A stretch of DNA of 63,654 nucleotides, the filler included, from Octopus bimaculoides (Eukaryota): the NCBI RefSeq assembly GCF_001194135.2. It is 5 parts of 5 records of this genome, joined end to end, with 100 filler letters (N's around TTAATTAATTAA, not from the genome) between each part and the next. Parts side by side here need not be neighbours in the genome. Positions count along the whole stretch, not along the records: positions 8,956 to 38,789 come from NC_068987.1; 4 more parts are not named here. One strand, written 5' to 3'. Numbering within the stretch: position 1 is the first letter of the stretch; every line of letters starts with the position of its first letter. Shown here piece by piece: positions 13,449 through 26,561 of the stretch. Below the pieces are notes generated by a model, which saw nothing but the letters and a program-made list of their open reading frames with translations, did no database searches and had not been told where the DNA came from. The position numbers and the translations under genes were made by a program.

Positions 13449-13990
13449 AAAAGATGTGTTATAATACTCTTCCACATATACAAAAAAATAGAACAGCCAT
13501 ACTAACAATCTGACATAACCTCCATCATCAGCTGCCCCATGGATATCATTATGGTTTCGTTACCTGGGCCGTACCACTCAATCAACAGCTCTATAATAGG
13601 TGTCGTTTGGGAATAAACAAACGAAAGAAACCACAACTTTCAAACACATTTACACTATGTACAACCGAATCGGTAAATTAATTCAATAATAAAATTACAA
13701 CCAGCTCCTAAATAGATAACTAAACAGTGACCACTCCATTAAGTCATACAAAAATTATAATCCCTACCGTTTTCCATAGTATAATATTAAAGTGAAAGCT
13801 TAATAACCACATTCATTCATCAATCAGTTTATAGGCAGGATTAAACACTAACTTTAATAAAATTACAACAAAGAAACATATAAACGAATGTATATTGTAT
13901 CGGTATGAATAGTAAATCTGCAATTACTAAATTATATGCTTAATCGCGATCAAACTTCAGGTCCATACAAATAATAACCCTACCAATCTT

Positions 13991-14039
<49 letters not shown>

Positions 14040-14090
14040 GTATGTATATATATATATGTATATATATGTGTGTGTGTGTGTATGTGGAGA

Positions 14091-14131
<41 letters not shown>

Positions 14132-15009
14132 GTATGAATGTGCATGTGTGTATGTGGGTGTGTATATATATACATAAGCACACACATATATGACTATATA
14201 TATCCATATTTATATATCTAATTTTGTACATATTTATATGTGTATGTATATGAATACAATTATACTAACACACAAAATCACACGTGTACATATACGTGCA
14301 TATAAATATTCAATATGTATGTGTTTGTATGTGAGAGCGTGAATGCATGTATGTGAGTGTGTGTATGTGTAACTCCTCCCCATGGCTATCATCTACTCCA
14401 GTGTTTAGAGACATTAGCCATGTTTGGAGTGCTTCCTTATCATCTTGTTCAGCGTCTTTACTCCCATTTATTATCCTCGTAACCTCCTCAGACGAGCTAC
14501 TTGACAAATCATGCTAAACTTCATTCGTCGTTGAATGCTCGTTACGAAACTAACGGCCGCGCAGACAAGGAAGGACTTTCGGTGAGAGATTCATCTCCCT
14601 ATTTTACGTAGTGATCAACAACACAAATCAAGGAATATCACACTTGTGATTGTGGCTTTATTACTGATATGGAGCTACCAAATCTTCCATAAGACATGGA
14701 GGCTTTTTCTATAAATAGGTGGGAGAGGCAGTATTACAAACAACACACATACACACACACACGCACACACACACACACACATACACAAACACACACGCAT
14801 GTACACTGCAGTATTTGTCTTATGATAACATCGCTTATGGAAGTGTTATGTTAAAAAAGCAATAAATATCGTATGGAGAAAAAAATTTGCCAGGGCACCA
14901 ATAAACGAGTATCGTATATGGACTGGTCTATGGAGAATGCGTATGCATTATGTATGGTATATGGAATTGCTATTTTAATTTAATACTGCTTTAGTTGCAT
15001 GCATCCGAT

Positions 15010-15590
15010 TTTTATTCTGCTAAGTGGCTATTCGCAATATTAGTGAATGTTTTATTTACTGAATTCTTTATAGGAGACGACAAATTCTCGCATGAGTAAG
15101 TCACTGGCTGCGTGTAAGCGCTACTGAATAATTCACAACGTCTCATGTTTTTGCTAGCCGCTGCTCGGGATTGCAGGCCGAGCGGCTGGTGTCCCCAACT
15201 GCGCACAAAACATAGCAGTCCATGGGATAATAATAGGAATAGGAGTCGTAAAAATTCTCCGACAACCACTTCTGCTTCTTTCCGGGGACCGAATCCTGCA
15301 AGGGACCGAATCCTGCTGTTACACATAAGGCCTTCCAGTAGCAACCTTCTTCGGCTACGTTTTGACCACGGTTTCCAGCAGCTTCATGTGGCCGTCTCAA
15401 TTGAGCCTAAGGCCTTGTTTAAAGATGCAGGGCGGCATGTCATCACCCGCACTGGATACTTGGTTTTCATGATGCGAAGGATACATCTTTCTACCTTGAA
15501 AGCTTTCCCAGAGTATTGAACAGCAGTCATGATTCCGGCATTTTGATACTGGATGCGGATCATTATGATTGGGATAACTCTTTTTCAATG
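15010..15590 (-). pseudogene. Tc1/mariner maT-like (DD37D group) transposase C-terminal remnant
   Basis: MKTKYP, GDDMPPCIFKQGLRLN, LLETVVKT, GRPYV.QQDSVPC, QKWLSENFYD, PMDCYV..AV.DTSRSACN; frameshifted, with a 17-bp internal duplication. Confidence 0.8.
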
Positions 15591-15849
15591 TTTCAATGCT
15601 CCCAATATCAGCAAACGTTTTCTTAAATTTCTAACAATTTGGGATGTCTTTTTGTCATATTCATACTGTTTCATTTCCAGTTAGATTTATGTTCGGAGAA
15701 GTGTGAAGGATTCATCTTCCTGAAATATTAGTATTACAATTTTGGAATTAATTCCACAAGTATGAAATCTATTTTCTTACGTGATGTAAATCACTCCCTT
15801 TAATTACAGCATCAGAAATTGAATCCGCATATTTCACCACAGCGAAAGC

Positions 15850-16400
15850 CTTAATTTTAGGTAATTCTGTACACTTTCTTTCTTGTTTCTCTTCCTACTA
15901 CATGTTGGACAAAATTATTAGAATGTCCGAAAAATATCTTGCGATATTTACGCCGTCTCTTTAATTTCTGATTCACATCCTGTCGAAGCTAACTTTGCCT
16001 CTCATCCCATCGTCTCCAGAAAATGCAGTATCTATCAAGTACTGGGGACGCTAGCATTGAATAATCCATTTTCTTAAAAAATTGCGGCTTTGTCCCTAAA
16101 TTAGGTCTAAATTAGTATCCTTCATTACTACATCATCTACAGCACTATCAATATATTCTCTTCAGCAGATCTCTCCAATAATTTTTTAAAATTTTGGCAT
16201 GTTCTATTCTATACACTTTCACTGGAGCCAACATAACGAACGATTATACACTTCACGACAATTCATCTATTAGTAGTTAACGTCTTAATATCATTGTGCT
16301 TCTTCATCTGCTCATCTTTGTGGCAAATTCCTGGGTCTGCAGCACTATTTCTTTGTATATTTACCTAGTTTATTATATTGCTGATATACTGTTGTGGGTA
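15850..16400 (-). pseudogene. Possible R4/Dong-like LINE C-terminus (restriction-like endonuclease)
   Basis: Broken frames: KKHNDIK (cf. RH[DN]), PVKVYRIEHAKIL (cf. P.KV.ENE..KILWD), DDVVMKD (cf. PDIVV.D), LIDTAFSGDD (cf. IIDIA.PGD), HVVG (cf. PVVVG). Confidence 0.35.
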
Positions 16401-17594
16401 TTAGAATATGTAGGGTCGGAATATATACTCTGTGGTATGAAGTCATGTCACTTTGTATTCAGTATCCAGGTCGTCTGGCATGGATTTTTCCTTACTTCTG
16501 AACCATGTCGTTAAATAAATACCAATTATGTATTCGTGTAGATTTGATAGACACCAGTAAACTCTAGAATACATGATGTTCGATCATATTTAGAAATTAT
16601 TATAACAAAGTTAATATTTTTTATGAAATCCAGGCTTAAAGTAAATGATATACAGTGTTCATGAATTTATCTACACGTGTCAGTTTATTGGATTTAAAAA
16701 TGGCTGACAAATTTCGTTCGAATCACACAACAATGTCTTTACAAGAGCACGACAGTGAATGATGTAGTTCTGAATGTACAAATACAGAATGATAGTGGTT
16801 GGAACTGCTTTGGTATTTTCTCTATCATGGCTCACCTAAAACAATCAGCACGAACATTAAGAGAAGCCCATAAAATCATGCTTATTTCCTACAACTAGAT
16901 TTCGTTTAAAATCCCTTGTAATTCTTCAGTTGTCGACAGCCAATAATTCAAAGTAAAATATCATTCATACCAACCCCATTGCTCGGTTCCAAAGCGGATT
17001 CTGTGAACTACATTTCTCCAGAGACTCCCTGACAAATTGCATCCCCAAAACTCATCTCCAGATCTTTAATTAATGGACAGCTGAACAAGTCAAAGTTTCC
17101 GGCAGCAAACTAGAACTGATGGGCCGTGACTTACGCCTAAACAGATACGACATGTTAGCAGAGTGGTTTCGAATGTTGACGACTATTGGTAGTTAAGTGA
17201 AATGAACTTACGTTTAGAACCCGTCAGAGGGTTAAGAGATTTATTCTCCCGTTACTATAACAGCTGCAAACATCGAATGAATCGTATTTAGAATATGTTT
17301 TCAAAAGAAAAGGCAAAATGAATATATAAANNNNNNNNNNNNNNNNNNNNNNNNNNNNNNNNNNNNNNNNNNNNNNNNNNNNNNNNNNNATATATATATA
17401 TATATATATATACGTGTGTGTGAGCATGCATATACGTATACACACATACTCACATAAATATACATGAGAAAGTTAGTGTGTTAATTATAAGATTGTTATT
17501 CTAAGGATTTTTAAGAGCAAATAATACTTACTGATGGGTAAAGTAGAGTAAAGTAGAGTCATCAGCTGAATACATACATACACTCACTTGTGTA

Positions 17595-18005
17595 TTCTTT
17601 TATTCCTTTTATTCCTTTTATTCTGTTACTTGTTTCAATCATTTGACTGCAGCCATGCTGGAGCACTACGTTAAAGGGTTTTTAATCGAGCAAATCGACC
17701 CCAGGAGTTATTCGTTGTAACTCTAATACTTATTCAATCGGTTTGTTTTGCCAACCGCTATGTTACGGTACGTAAACACACCAACGTCGTTTGTCAAGCG
17801 ATGATAGGTGGGGTGGGGGGACAAACACAGACACAAAGACGCGCGCATATACAACGAAAAGGAGCCATCTTGTAAATACGGCCTCTTTCAGTTTCCGTCT
17901 ACCAAATCCAATCCGAAGACTTTGGTCGACCCAAGGCTATAGTAGAAGACACTTGCCCAAAGGAATGAACCCGGATCCATGTGATTTGGAAGCAAGCTTC
18001 TTCCC
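17595..18005 (-). mobile_element. SINE family A (CORE-like, OR2-type), near full length
   Basis: Reverse complement of 22537-22927, including the (AAAGAAT)n-like tail and gggcaagtgtcttctactatagcc. Confidence 0.85.
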
Positions 18006-18479
18006 GTAATATATACAGCAATATATATGCATTTTATAGAAACAGGATGGTAGTGAATATAAATGAAAGACAGAGAGAGAAATAAAGAAACAGTGGGCTG
18101 GAAACATGGGATTGAGAAGCAAGCTTCTTACCACACAACCGCGCCCAATGGTGGGAGAATATTCAAATGATTGCTTAATAAAATCTTAAAGATATTTCTG
18201 GACGATGTTTTTGTTGTTTTTGCTTCTCACGTTTGCCCCGTCCTAGTTGATCGTTTGTCCTGGATTAGTTCATTTAGAAAATGAACGCTATCAAGGAAAT
18301 TGTTACATGACTAATATCTTTCTTTCTTAAATTTCTTTTACTACTTCACGTTTTATATATTTTGCATTTCATTTTTCAATGTCTTTCTAATATTCATTTT
18401 TTAAATTCTGCCCTTCTCATTTGCCTTCGACTACCACTTCTTCCTAACATTCATTATTTCTCTCCCATTCTAATTTGTG

Positions 18480-18514
18480 TTATTTCATTCGCTCTCTCAC
18501 ACTCTCTCTCCCCG

Positions 18515-18569
<55 letters not shown>

Positions 18570-18988
18570 GCCTGTCTGTCTGTCTATCCGTCTGTCTGTC
18601 TGTCTGCTTGTCTGTCAGTCTGCCTCTCTCTCTCTATCTTTCTATCCATCTGTCCCTCAGTCTGTCTGTCTGCCCCTCTCTCTCCATCTCTCTCTTTCTC
18701 TCTATGTAAAAATCTGTTTATCAGACTCTGTCAGTCTGCCTCTCTCTCCCCACCTCTCTCTCTCCACCTCTCTCTCTCCACCTCTCTCTCTCTCCNNNNN
18801 NNNNNNNNNNNNNNNNNNNNNNNNNNNNNNNNNNNNNNNNNNNNNNNNNNNNNNNNNNNNNNNNNNNNNNNNNNNNNNNNNNNNNNNNNNNNNNNNNNNN
18901 NNNNNNNNNNNNNNNNNNNNNNNNNNNNNNNNNNNNNNNNNNNNNNNNNNNNNNNNNNCACCTCTGTCTCTCCACTTCTCTCTCTCCA

Positions 18989-19031
<43 letters not shown>

Positions 19032-19140
19032 ATCTATCTGTCTGTCTATGTACCAATCTGTCTGTCTGCCTCTCTCTCTCTCTCTCTCTCCCTTTCTGTC
19101 CCTCTGTCTATCTCTCTATCTATGTGCTACCTATCTCTGC
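18480..19140. repeat. Compound pyrimidine-rich microsatellite (TCTA)n/(TCTG)n/(TC)n spanning a gap
   Basis: Directly visible; explains the 225-241 aa low-complexity ORFs. Confidence 0.95.
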
Positions 19141-19623
19141 TTTTTCTTTTCTGACAGCAGATTGTCAGAATTGTGCATGATATGTGAAATTACTCATTAA
19201 TTTATTTCTTTTTTTGCATTTTTCTGCTACACTTGCGTGAATGTACACATAGGCTTACTGGAAAGAAATCTCACGGTATATCACTTACTTAAAAATTTAA
19301 CTTGATTCTCTTTTCACTATAAAATTTATTCGTATTTCAGAGTTAAAACATCTCTGTTAATTACCTGCAAGTAGAACACTACTTACAACAGCGGATGCCA
19401 AACCTCAAGAAGATCCAACTTGCAAATAACGGTATAAATCATAACCCTATCCTTTGGAAGTAAATCAACTGTTAGTAAGTATATATGTATACGTAACGTG
19501 AGGAGAGCACGATATCAGTCTAACAGATACAATTCTAGACTATATTATATATATATGTATATACATACATACATACATACATACATACACACACACATAT
19601 ATATCTATATTCATACAGAGAGA

Positions 19624-19810
19624 GAAAGAGAGAGAGTTGCTGGAGGACGGTTGGGATTAGCTTCCCTACTTGCAATATATATCGGGTGCAGCTGCAGGAG
19701 GCGTCCACCTGGGGAGGCGATAACCAGCTAGAGGAGGTGTCTCCTGGGGTTAAAATGGTAGCAACGTCGGTTCCTACGGAGCAACCATGTTCAAGTGGCG
19801 ATAAACATTA
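19624..19810 (+). mobile_element. Divergent member of structured family E (possible RTE 5' UTR or retrozyme-like element)
   Basis: gataaccagctagaggaggtgtctcctggggttaaa...aagtggcgata aligns with gataagccagctggaggagatgtcctcctggggctaaa...aagtggcaata of 30945-31100 (minus). Confidence 0.5.
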
Positions 19811-20659
19811 CTTTGTGTTTGTGTGTGTGTATATATGTATGTATATATGTTTTNNNNNNNNNNNNNNNNNNNNNNNNNNNNNNNNNNNNNNNNNNNNNNN
19901 NNNNNNNNNNNNNNNNNNNNNNNNNNNNNNNNNNNNNNNNNNNNNNNNNNNNNNNNNNNNNNNNNNNNNNNNNNNNNNNNNNNNNNNNNNNNNNNNNNNN
20001 NNNNNNNNNNNNNNNNNNNNNNNNNNNNNNNNNNNNNNNNNNNNNNNNNNNNNNNNNNNNNNNNNNNNNNNNNNNNNNNNNNNNNNNNNNNNNNNNNNNN
20101 NNNNNNNNNNNNNNNNNNNNNNNNNNNNNNNNNNNNNNNNNNNNNNNNNNNNNNNNNNNNNNNNNNNNNNNNNNNNNNNNNNNNNNNNNNNNNNNNNNNN
20201 NNNNNNNNNNNNNNNNNNNNNNNNNNNNNNNNNNNNNNNNNNNNNNNNNNNNNNNNNNNNNNNNNNNNNNNNNNNNNNNNNNNNNNNNNNNNNNNNNNNN
20301 NNNNNNNNNNNNNNNNNNNNNNNNNNNNNNNNNNNNNNNNNNNNNNNNNNNNNNNNNNNNNNNNNNNNNNNNNNNNNNNNNNNNNNNNNNNNNNNNNNNN
20401 NNNNNNNNNNNNNNNNNNNNNNNNNNNNNNNNNNNNNNNNNNNNNNNNNNNNNNNNNNNNNNNNNNNNNNNNNNNNNNNNNNNNNNNNNNNNNNNNNNNN
20501 NNNNNNNNNNNNNNNNNNNNNNNNNNNNNNNNNNNNNNNNNNNNNNNNNNNNNNNNNNNNNNNNNNNNNNNNNNNNATATATATATATATATATATATAT
20601 ACAAATATATATATACAAATATACATACATATATATAAGTATGTGTGTATATGTATATA

Positions 20660-20905
20660 TGTAATCATGTCTGTCGGGCATGTGGAAGGGAGTGTGATTC
20701 AGCAGGAGGACTTAAACGACACGCAAAGGTACATGGAGCCCAATTACAACAACAGCTAGCTATTGCCAGTAAAGGTTTCGGATGCCAACTCTGTGCAAGA
20801 CATTGTAGATATTTGGCTGGGCTAAAAAGTCACATTCGATCACAGCACCGTTAAGTTAAGCTTCGTGCAATGGCCATACTCGATAACGAGGGGGCAGCCA
20901 TCATA
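20660..20905 (+). mobile_element. RTE-clade LINE 3' end with two C2H2-type fingers
   Basis: HVCRACGRECDSAGGLKRHAKVH and FGCQLCARHCRYLAGLKSHIRSQH, then a stop and a short 3' UTR; C..C.R.C.S..GL.SH.R is the usual RTE ORF C-terminus. Confidence 0.65.
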
Positions 20906-20922
20906 TCATGTATTTATGTATA

Positions 20923-20958
<36 letters not shown>

Positions 20959-20993
20959 TGTATGTATGTATGCTATATAAGTGTATATTTATT

Positions 20994-22400
20994 CACGAGG
21001 GTGTGTCAAAAAATTATTAAAACTATTGTTTCTGTAATTTATTAAAAAAGAAAGTAGGGTCTAACCATAATATACTTTTCCGACATAGTCGTGATGCTTT
21101 CAGATGCGGGGTTTTGTTTTGTTTTTGTTTTTTAATAACGGTCCAGAACTTGCCTATTCCATTGGAAAAAGTTGTCAGCTTGTCACGCTGTCGTTTATAC
21201 ACCGCTTTCTGTGCTTCTTAGTCCGTGGCAAATGGACGACCTTGTGAAGAAATTCTCAGCGGTGCAAAGAGGTGATAGTTAGAAGGGACGAGATCTGGAC
21301 TGTATTAAGTGTGTTCCGGAACTGCGAAAGATCAATTTTTTCTATAATTCCAACGGATTGAGAGTCTGTGTATAGGCGATCATAGGATCGCGGTTTCCAT
21401 TCTCAAACTGGGCGTTGTGAGTGTTTATTGAGCGAAAACACCTAAAGTTCCACGAGGCTCCGGCAGGGGAAGGTGGCGAACCCTGCTGTACTCTTTCACC
21501 ACAACTTTCTCTCACACTTGCTTCCTGTTTCTGTTGTACCTTTAATTCAAAGGGTCAGCCTTGTCACACTGTGTCACGCTGAATCTCCCCGAGAACTATG
21601 TTAAGGGTACACGTGTCTGTGGAGTACTCAGCCACTTGCACATTAATTTCACGAGCAGGCTGTTCCGTTGATCAGATCAACTGGAACCCTCGTCGTAACC
21701 GACGAAGTGCCAACAGCACTGCTGACTGTAGATAACATTTTCAGGCAACCTTGCTGTATAAGGCCGTTTTTCTTCTCCTAAATCGTTTAGCCTCACTTTT
21801 CTGCGGAAGATTGAGTCTTGAATAAACTTTTCACTGGCGATTCCGGGTGCTTCCACCTAATGTTCTGCCTGTTGGATTCTGGCTTAAAATAATGGACCCA
21901 GTTCTCATCTCCTGCGACTATTCTCTAAAAAAAGAACCATTGCATTCATCATTGAAGCGGTCGAGTAATCGTTGACAGATATTCATACGATTGAGCTTAT
22001 GCACTTCGGTAGGCACTTTTGTTCCAATCTCGCACAGACGTTACGGAAGCGAAGCTTGTGGATGATTTCGTATGCAGAGAACACGCCACTTCAAGGATGT
22101 TCATACGTCGGTTCACGAGAACGATCTCTCAACCTTGCTGTGTCTTCACGTCAGTGGTGAAGGTTTATAGGTGTCCTGCTCCCTCTTCAGGCTTCACGGT
22201 CGTCCGGCCAGTTTTAAACTCCTCGATCCATTCATACGCACTTTTACGCGATAGAGCGCTGTACCCACATTGTTCTGAAAGCCAGCGATGAATTTCAGGC
22301 TCTGACACACATTCTAACCAGAAAAACCGGATAACTTGTCTCTGTCACTTCAAGCAGAGAGGTAATGTTTATTCTGTAACACAAGAAAGAAAACAGAAGC
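20994..22400 (-). mobile_element. Decayed mariner (DD34D group) interrupted by a SINE
   Basis: LSRKSAYEWIEEFKTGR, LGFHKVCAR, IVAGDENWVHYF, SPDLVPSNYHLFAPL; TIR-like cacgagggtgtgtcaaaaa at the left end. Confidence 0.85.
21380..21722 (+). mobile_element. SINE family C, 5'-truncated, inside the mariner
   Basis: cataggatcgcggtttcc...gggcgttgtgagtgtttattgagcgaaaacacctaaa nearly matches 29870-30153. Confidence 0.85.
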
Positions 22401-22536
22401 GATTAAGATCAAACTTCGATTATGTAAGTTCAAAAGAACTCGCTTATGGTACATGAAAGCTGAAGGCAGTGTGGCAACCTAAAGAAACGTTTAGCTAAAG
22501 TGCGGATGATTTCTGACTTCCCATAGTGTATATGTA

Positions 22537-22927
22537 TACAGGAGTGGCTGTTGGGTAAGAAGTTTGCTCCCGAGCCGCATGGCTCCTGGTTCAGTCCCAC
22601 TGCGTGGCACCTTAGGCAAGTGTCTTCCACTAGAGCCTCGGGCCGACCAAAGCTTTCTGAGTGGATCTGATGGACGGAAACTGAAAGGAGCCCGTGTGCG
22701 CGTGTGTGTCTGTATTTGTGTGTCTGTGTTTGTCCTCTCCCACATCGCTTGACAACCGATGTTGGTGTGTTTACGTCCCAATAATCTAGCGGTTCCGCAA
22801 AATGTACCGATAGAATAAGTGCTAGACTTACAAAGAATAAGTCCTGGAGTCCATTTGTTCGACTAAAGGCGGTGCTCCAGCATGACCGCAGTCAAATAAC
22901 TGAAGCAAGTAAAAGAATAAAAGAATA
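22537..22927 (+). mobile_element. SINE family A (tRNA head, CORE-like domain), full length
   Basis: tRNA-like head with B-box ggttcagtcc; gtggcaccttaggcaagtgtcttcc...agcctcgg resembles the CORE motif gtgaccttgggcaagtc...agcctcag; internal (TG)n; aaagaataaaagaata tail. Confidence 0.9.
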
Positions 22928-24803
22928 TACCTATAGGTGTATGCGTGTGCACGCGAGTGTGTGCGTGTGTGTGTATGAGTGTGTGTATTCACCTACATAT
23001 ATATACACACACACACANNNNNNNNNNNNNNNNNNNNNNNNNNNNNNNNNNNNNNNNNNNNNNNNNNNNNNNNNNNNNNNNNNNNNNNNNNNNNNNNNNN
23101 NNNNNNNNNNNNNNNNNNNNNNNNNNNNNNNNNNNNNNNNNNNNNNNNNNNNNNNNNNNNNNNNNNNNNNNNNNNNNNNNNNNNNNNNNNNNNNNNNNNN
23201 NNNNNNNNNNNNNNNNNNNNNNNNNNNNNNNNNNNNNNNNNNNNNNNNNNNNNNNNNNNNNNNNNNNNNNNNNNNNNNNNNNNNNNNNNNNNNNNNNNNN
23301 NNNNNNNNNNNNNNNNNNNNNNNNNNNNNNNNNNNNNNNNNNNNNNNNNNNNNNNNNNNNNNNNNNNNNNNNNNNNNNNNNNNNNNNNNNNNNNNNNNNN
23401 NNNNNNNNNNNNNNNNNNNNNNNNNNNNNNNNNNNNNNNNNNNNNNNNNNNNNNTATATATATACTCATATATACACATTTACACACACACGCATATATA
23501 TATATATGCGTGTGTGTGTAAATGTGTATATATGAGTATATATATACACATACGGATGAACATGTAAACGTATGCGTATATGAATATGTGTGTGTTTGTG
23601 AGTGGAGGGTGTTTGTGAGTGGAGGGTGTTTGTGTGTATATTCTTGTACGTATTCATTGTAAGTAGATCGTTAAAAAAGACATTCAGAAGAGCAGATACT
23701 CACTTCTTATGCTTGCTATCTTTATGTCGAACACCGCCACGAAGAGTATCACAATTATCACAACAGTTTACACCACCAATAATGAACACTGTCACCACCA
23801 GCTCCATGACCAACATGTATAATTTATTTATTTATTTATTTATTGATTTATTGTCAGTGTATGCGTGTGCGCATGTGCACACGTGTGCGTGCGTTTGTGT
23901 GTGTCATTTATGGGGTTCTCCTAGCTGGCCCAGCCAGAATTTCTTTTACCCCTTGGGATTTCTGTATTTCCCATCGTATACCTTTTCTAACATGCGGTCG
24001 TTGCCCTGACAAATAGGTTTGCATCTTTTCTCTTTCTATGAATCTACTTCTATCCTAAACTCAGGAAACACTGTTCTCTATATCGTTTCCACCAACTACA
24101 TTTTATTCAATTCCGGTTAATGTTATCTGATTATCTAGTATTAACATTAATACATTCGACCTCTGACATAAATTCTCATCACCAATATCCCTGCAACTAT
24201 GAATATACTCCATCATAACAATGGCTATAAAATGAAGGTCCCTAATGTCACTGACCAATCCCCTATTTGAATATGAAACGAGATAAAAGGGTTTGCGTTA
24301 TAATTAAACATGTTCACATTCAGTATGTATAAAATGACTGCTTTTTTGCAAGTGGCTTCACCATATTTCTCTCAAACCAACACTTTGGATACATACATGC
24401 TTACATACATACATACATACATACATGCATACATGCATACATACATGATTATGACTGTAGTAACACAAATACAAGAGAAAGGGGACATCTATGGAGCATT
24501 GACAAGGAATTTGCAAATCCAGTGCCCGAGATAAAAATTCAACTTGATACCCACTATTATTGGAGCAATAGGATACATACCGACCCGTCTGGGGTAAAGT
24601 ATGGATGGACTTGAGATCTTGGAAAGAGAATGCAAATCCTTAATTCATATGCTACAAATGATCACGATGTCTGGCACTATAAAAACGTGCAAGGCCTTCT
24701 TAAGATGTAACGGATGATAGTTAAGACAAGATATTTTCCGTCAGAACATTGCCACCAGGTAAGTGGCTGGTCAAAATTTACTCTGGATAAAATAGAGGAA
24801 GAG

Positions 24804-24897
<94 letters not shown>

Positions 24898-25589
24898 TAT
24901 ACACACACACATACACACACATATACACATACTAACACGTATATGCATATACATATTTCATATACCATCGACAAACACCCAAGTCCATGAATTATGTGAA
25001 GAAATATTCTTATTTTCTATAATTACAATTTTCACTTTACATTCGAAAACATAAAATTAACATTTATGACAGAATATTCATGCTATAACTGACAGACATG
25101 TGTAGAATAAGAAATAACTTTTCTGCGAGAAAATGTCTATTAGAAAAATTACAAATGGTCTGGTTTCTATTAATTTTTGTGTTAAAAATGATTAATATCT
25201 CTCACCATACAACCTTGCGAGTATTTTTCTCGTGGTTTGATAGATGGATAGGTGGATTTTGAGTGTGGATGGATGGCTGAAAGATGGAGGGAGTGATGGA
25301 ACGATCGAATAATGGAATGAATACATAGATAATTGGGTGGTTTCTGTTAGCCTAACGGTCTATGAAAATGGTAGAGAAAGAAATACGCCTTATAATACAT
25401 GACCACCAATGCACGTGCGAAGTAAATTCATGAGAATCCTTATTATGTAATCGTCTATTTCATGATTAGTGGCTCAACAGCAAAATTCCTAAAGAGGATA
25501 TGAATAATGTGGACAGGGGCAAGCAAATGTGATAGAAACAATGAGTAAGATATCAAACGTACGAGTCTAACGTCAGGAAGTGGATAATG

Positions 25590-26060
25590 GCGGGTCATGA
25601 AATGTAAAGTAGCAGCGTCACGACATCCAGAATGATCGAGTAACTGTCTGTCATGACATCAATCATCAAAAAGAAATAGTTGAAGAATAGTTTAAGCCAA
25701 GCTATTTCACTTGAAGTGTAGATAAAATAATAAACATTTCGAAACCTGGTAACTTTCACATATTCGGACTATTTTTGACAAGGTTATCAGTGAAGCGCTT
25801 ATTGAACAGTTTCCGCGTGCGGTCAGTGCTGAGCTCTGTTGATGCTAATGTCCAGTATTATGTCACACAATGCTATGATGGCGTTTCGGTCCTGGGTAAA
25901 AGCATTGCTGCAGCTGAAGCGGAGCCTGTATCCACTGCCAAGCCTACGTACTAAACATGCTAGCAGTTAAATATCTAGAAAATGACGCGAGAATATTTTT
26001 CACCAAAATGCAGCGATTCTAGAAGCGCAATGTCTCAGTGCATGGTGCTACTCTGTGTAA
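25590..26060 (+). pseudogene. Decayed hAT transposase (ZMYM1/DUF4371-like type)
   Basis: YFT*SVDKIINISK (cf. YFSLIVDETTDISK) and TQCYDGVSVLG (cf. GQCYDGASVMSG). Confidence 0.55.
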
Positions 26061-26079
26061 TGTAGGTTTCAATTTATTT

Positions 26080-26420
26080 CTTCACATCTCAGTGTGGATA
26101 AAAACTGGCACTCCGTCGGTTACAACGACGATGGTTCTACTTGATTTGATCAGTATAATATCCTAATAAGGATATTAACGTGCCAGTAGCTGAGTACTCC
26201 ACAGACACGCGTATCGTCAACGTAGTTCTCAGGAAGATTCAGTGTGACACAGAATGTGGCAAGACTCCTTTGAATTAAAGGTACAACTCATTTTTGTCAT
26301 TTAGTGGACAGGAACAATGTGTAATAAAGTGTCTTGCTCAAGTACCTAATGCGCGTCAGGAATCGAACTCACGACCTTAAGATCGTAAGCCGTATATCCA
26401 AACCACTAAGCCACGCAACT
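26080..26420 (-). mobile_element. SINE family C-related copy
   Basis: Minus head gcgtggcttagtgg...gagttcgattcc (A and B boxes); 3' part ccgtcggttacaacgacga...gtagttctc...gattcagtgtgacacag matches family C. Confidence 0.8.
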
Positions 26421-26561
26421 TCTACTTCAGCGTGGATATCAAGTCAAAGAAGAGAAAAATTGAGGACGATTCATTTTTGTGACATTCGCCTGTAAATGTT
26501 TGTCATTTCGTACTCTTTCAAGAGGTTCGGCAATGAATCAGATTTCTGAAGATGCAGTCTT

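Noticed and set aside
16900-17220. Plus-strand WTAEQVK...KLELM resembling R4-type RT C-terminus, which would make an inverted LINE with 15850-16400
   Set aside because: Similarity is only a few residues; not supportable by eye.
20645-20854. Host C2H2 zinc-finger gene
   Set aside because: Spacing and the GL.SH.R signature fit an RTE LINE C-terminus; there are no TGEKP linkers and the ATG lies in a microsatellite.
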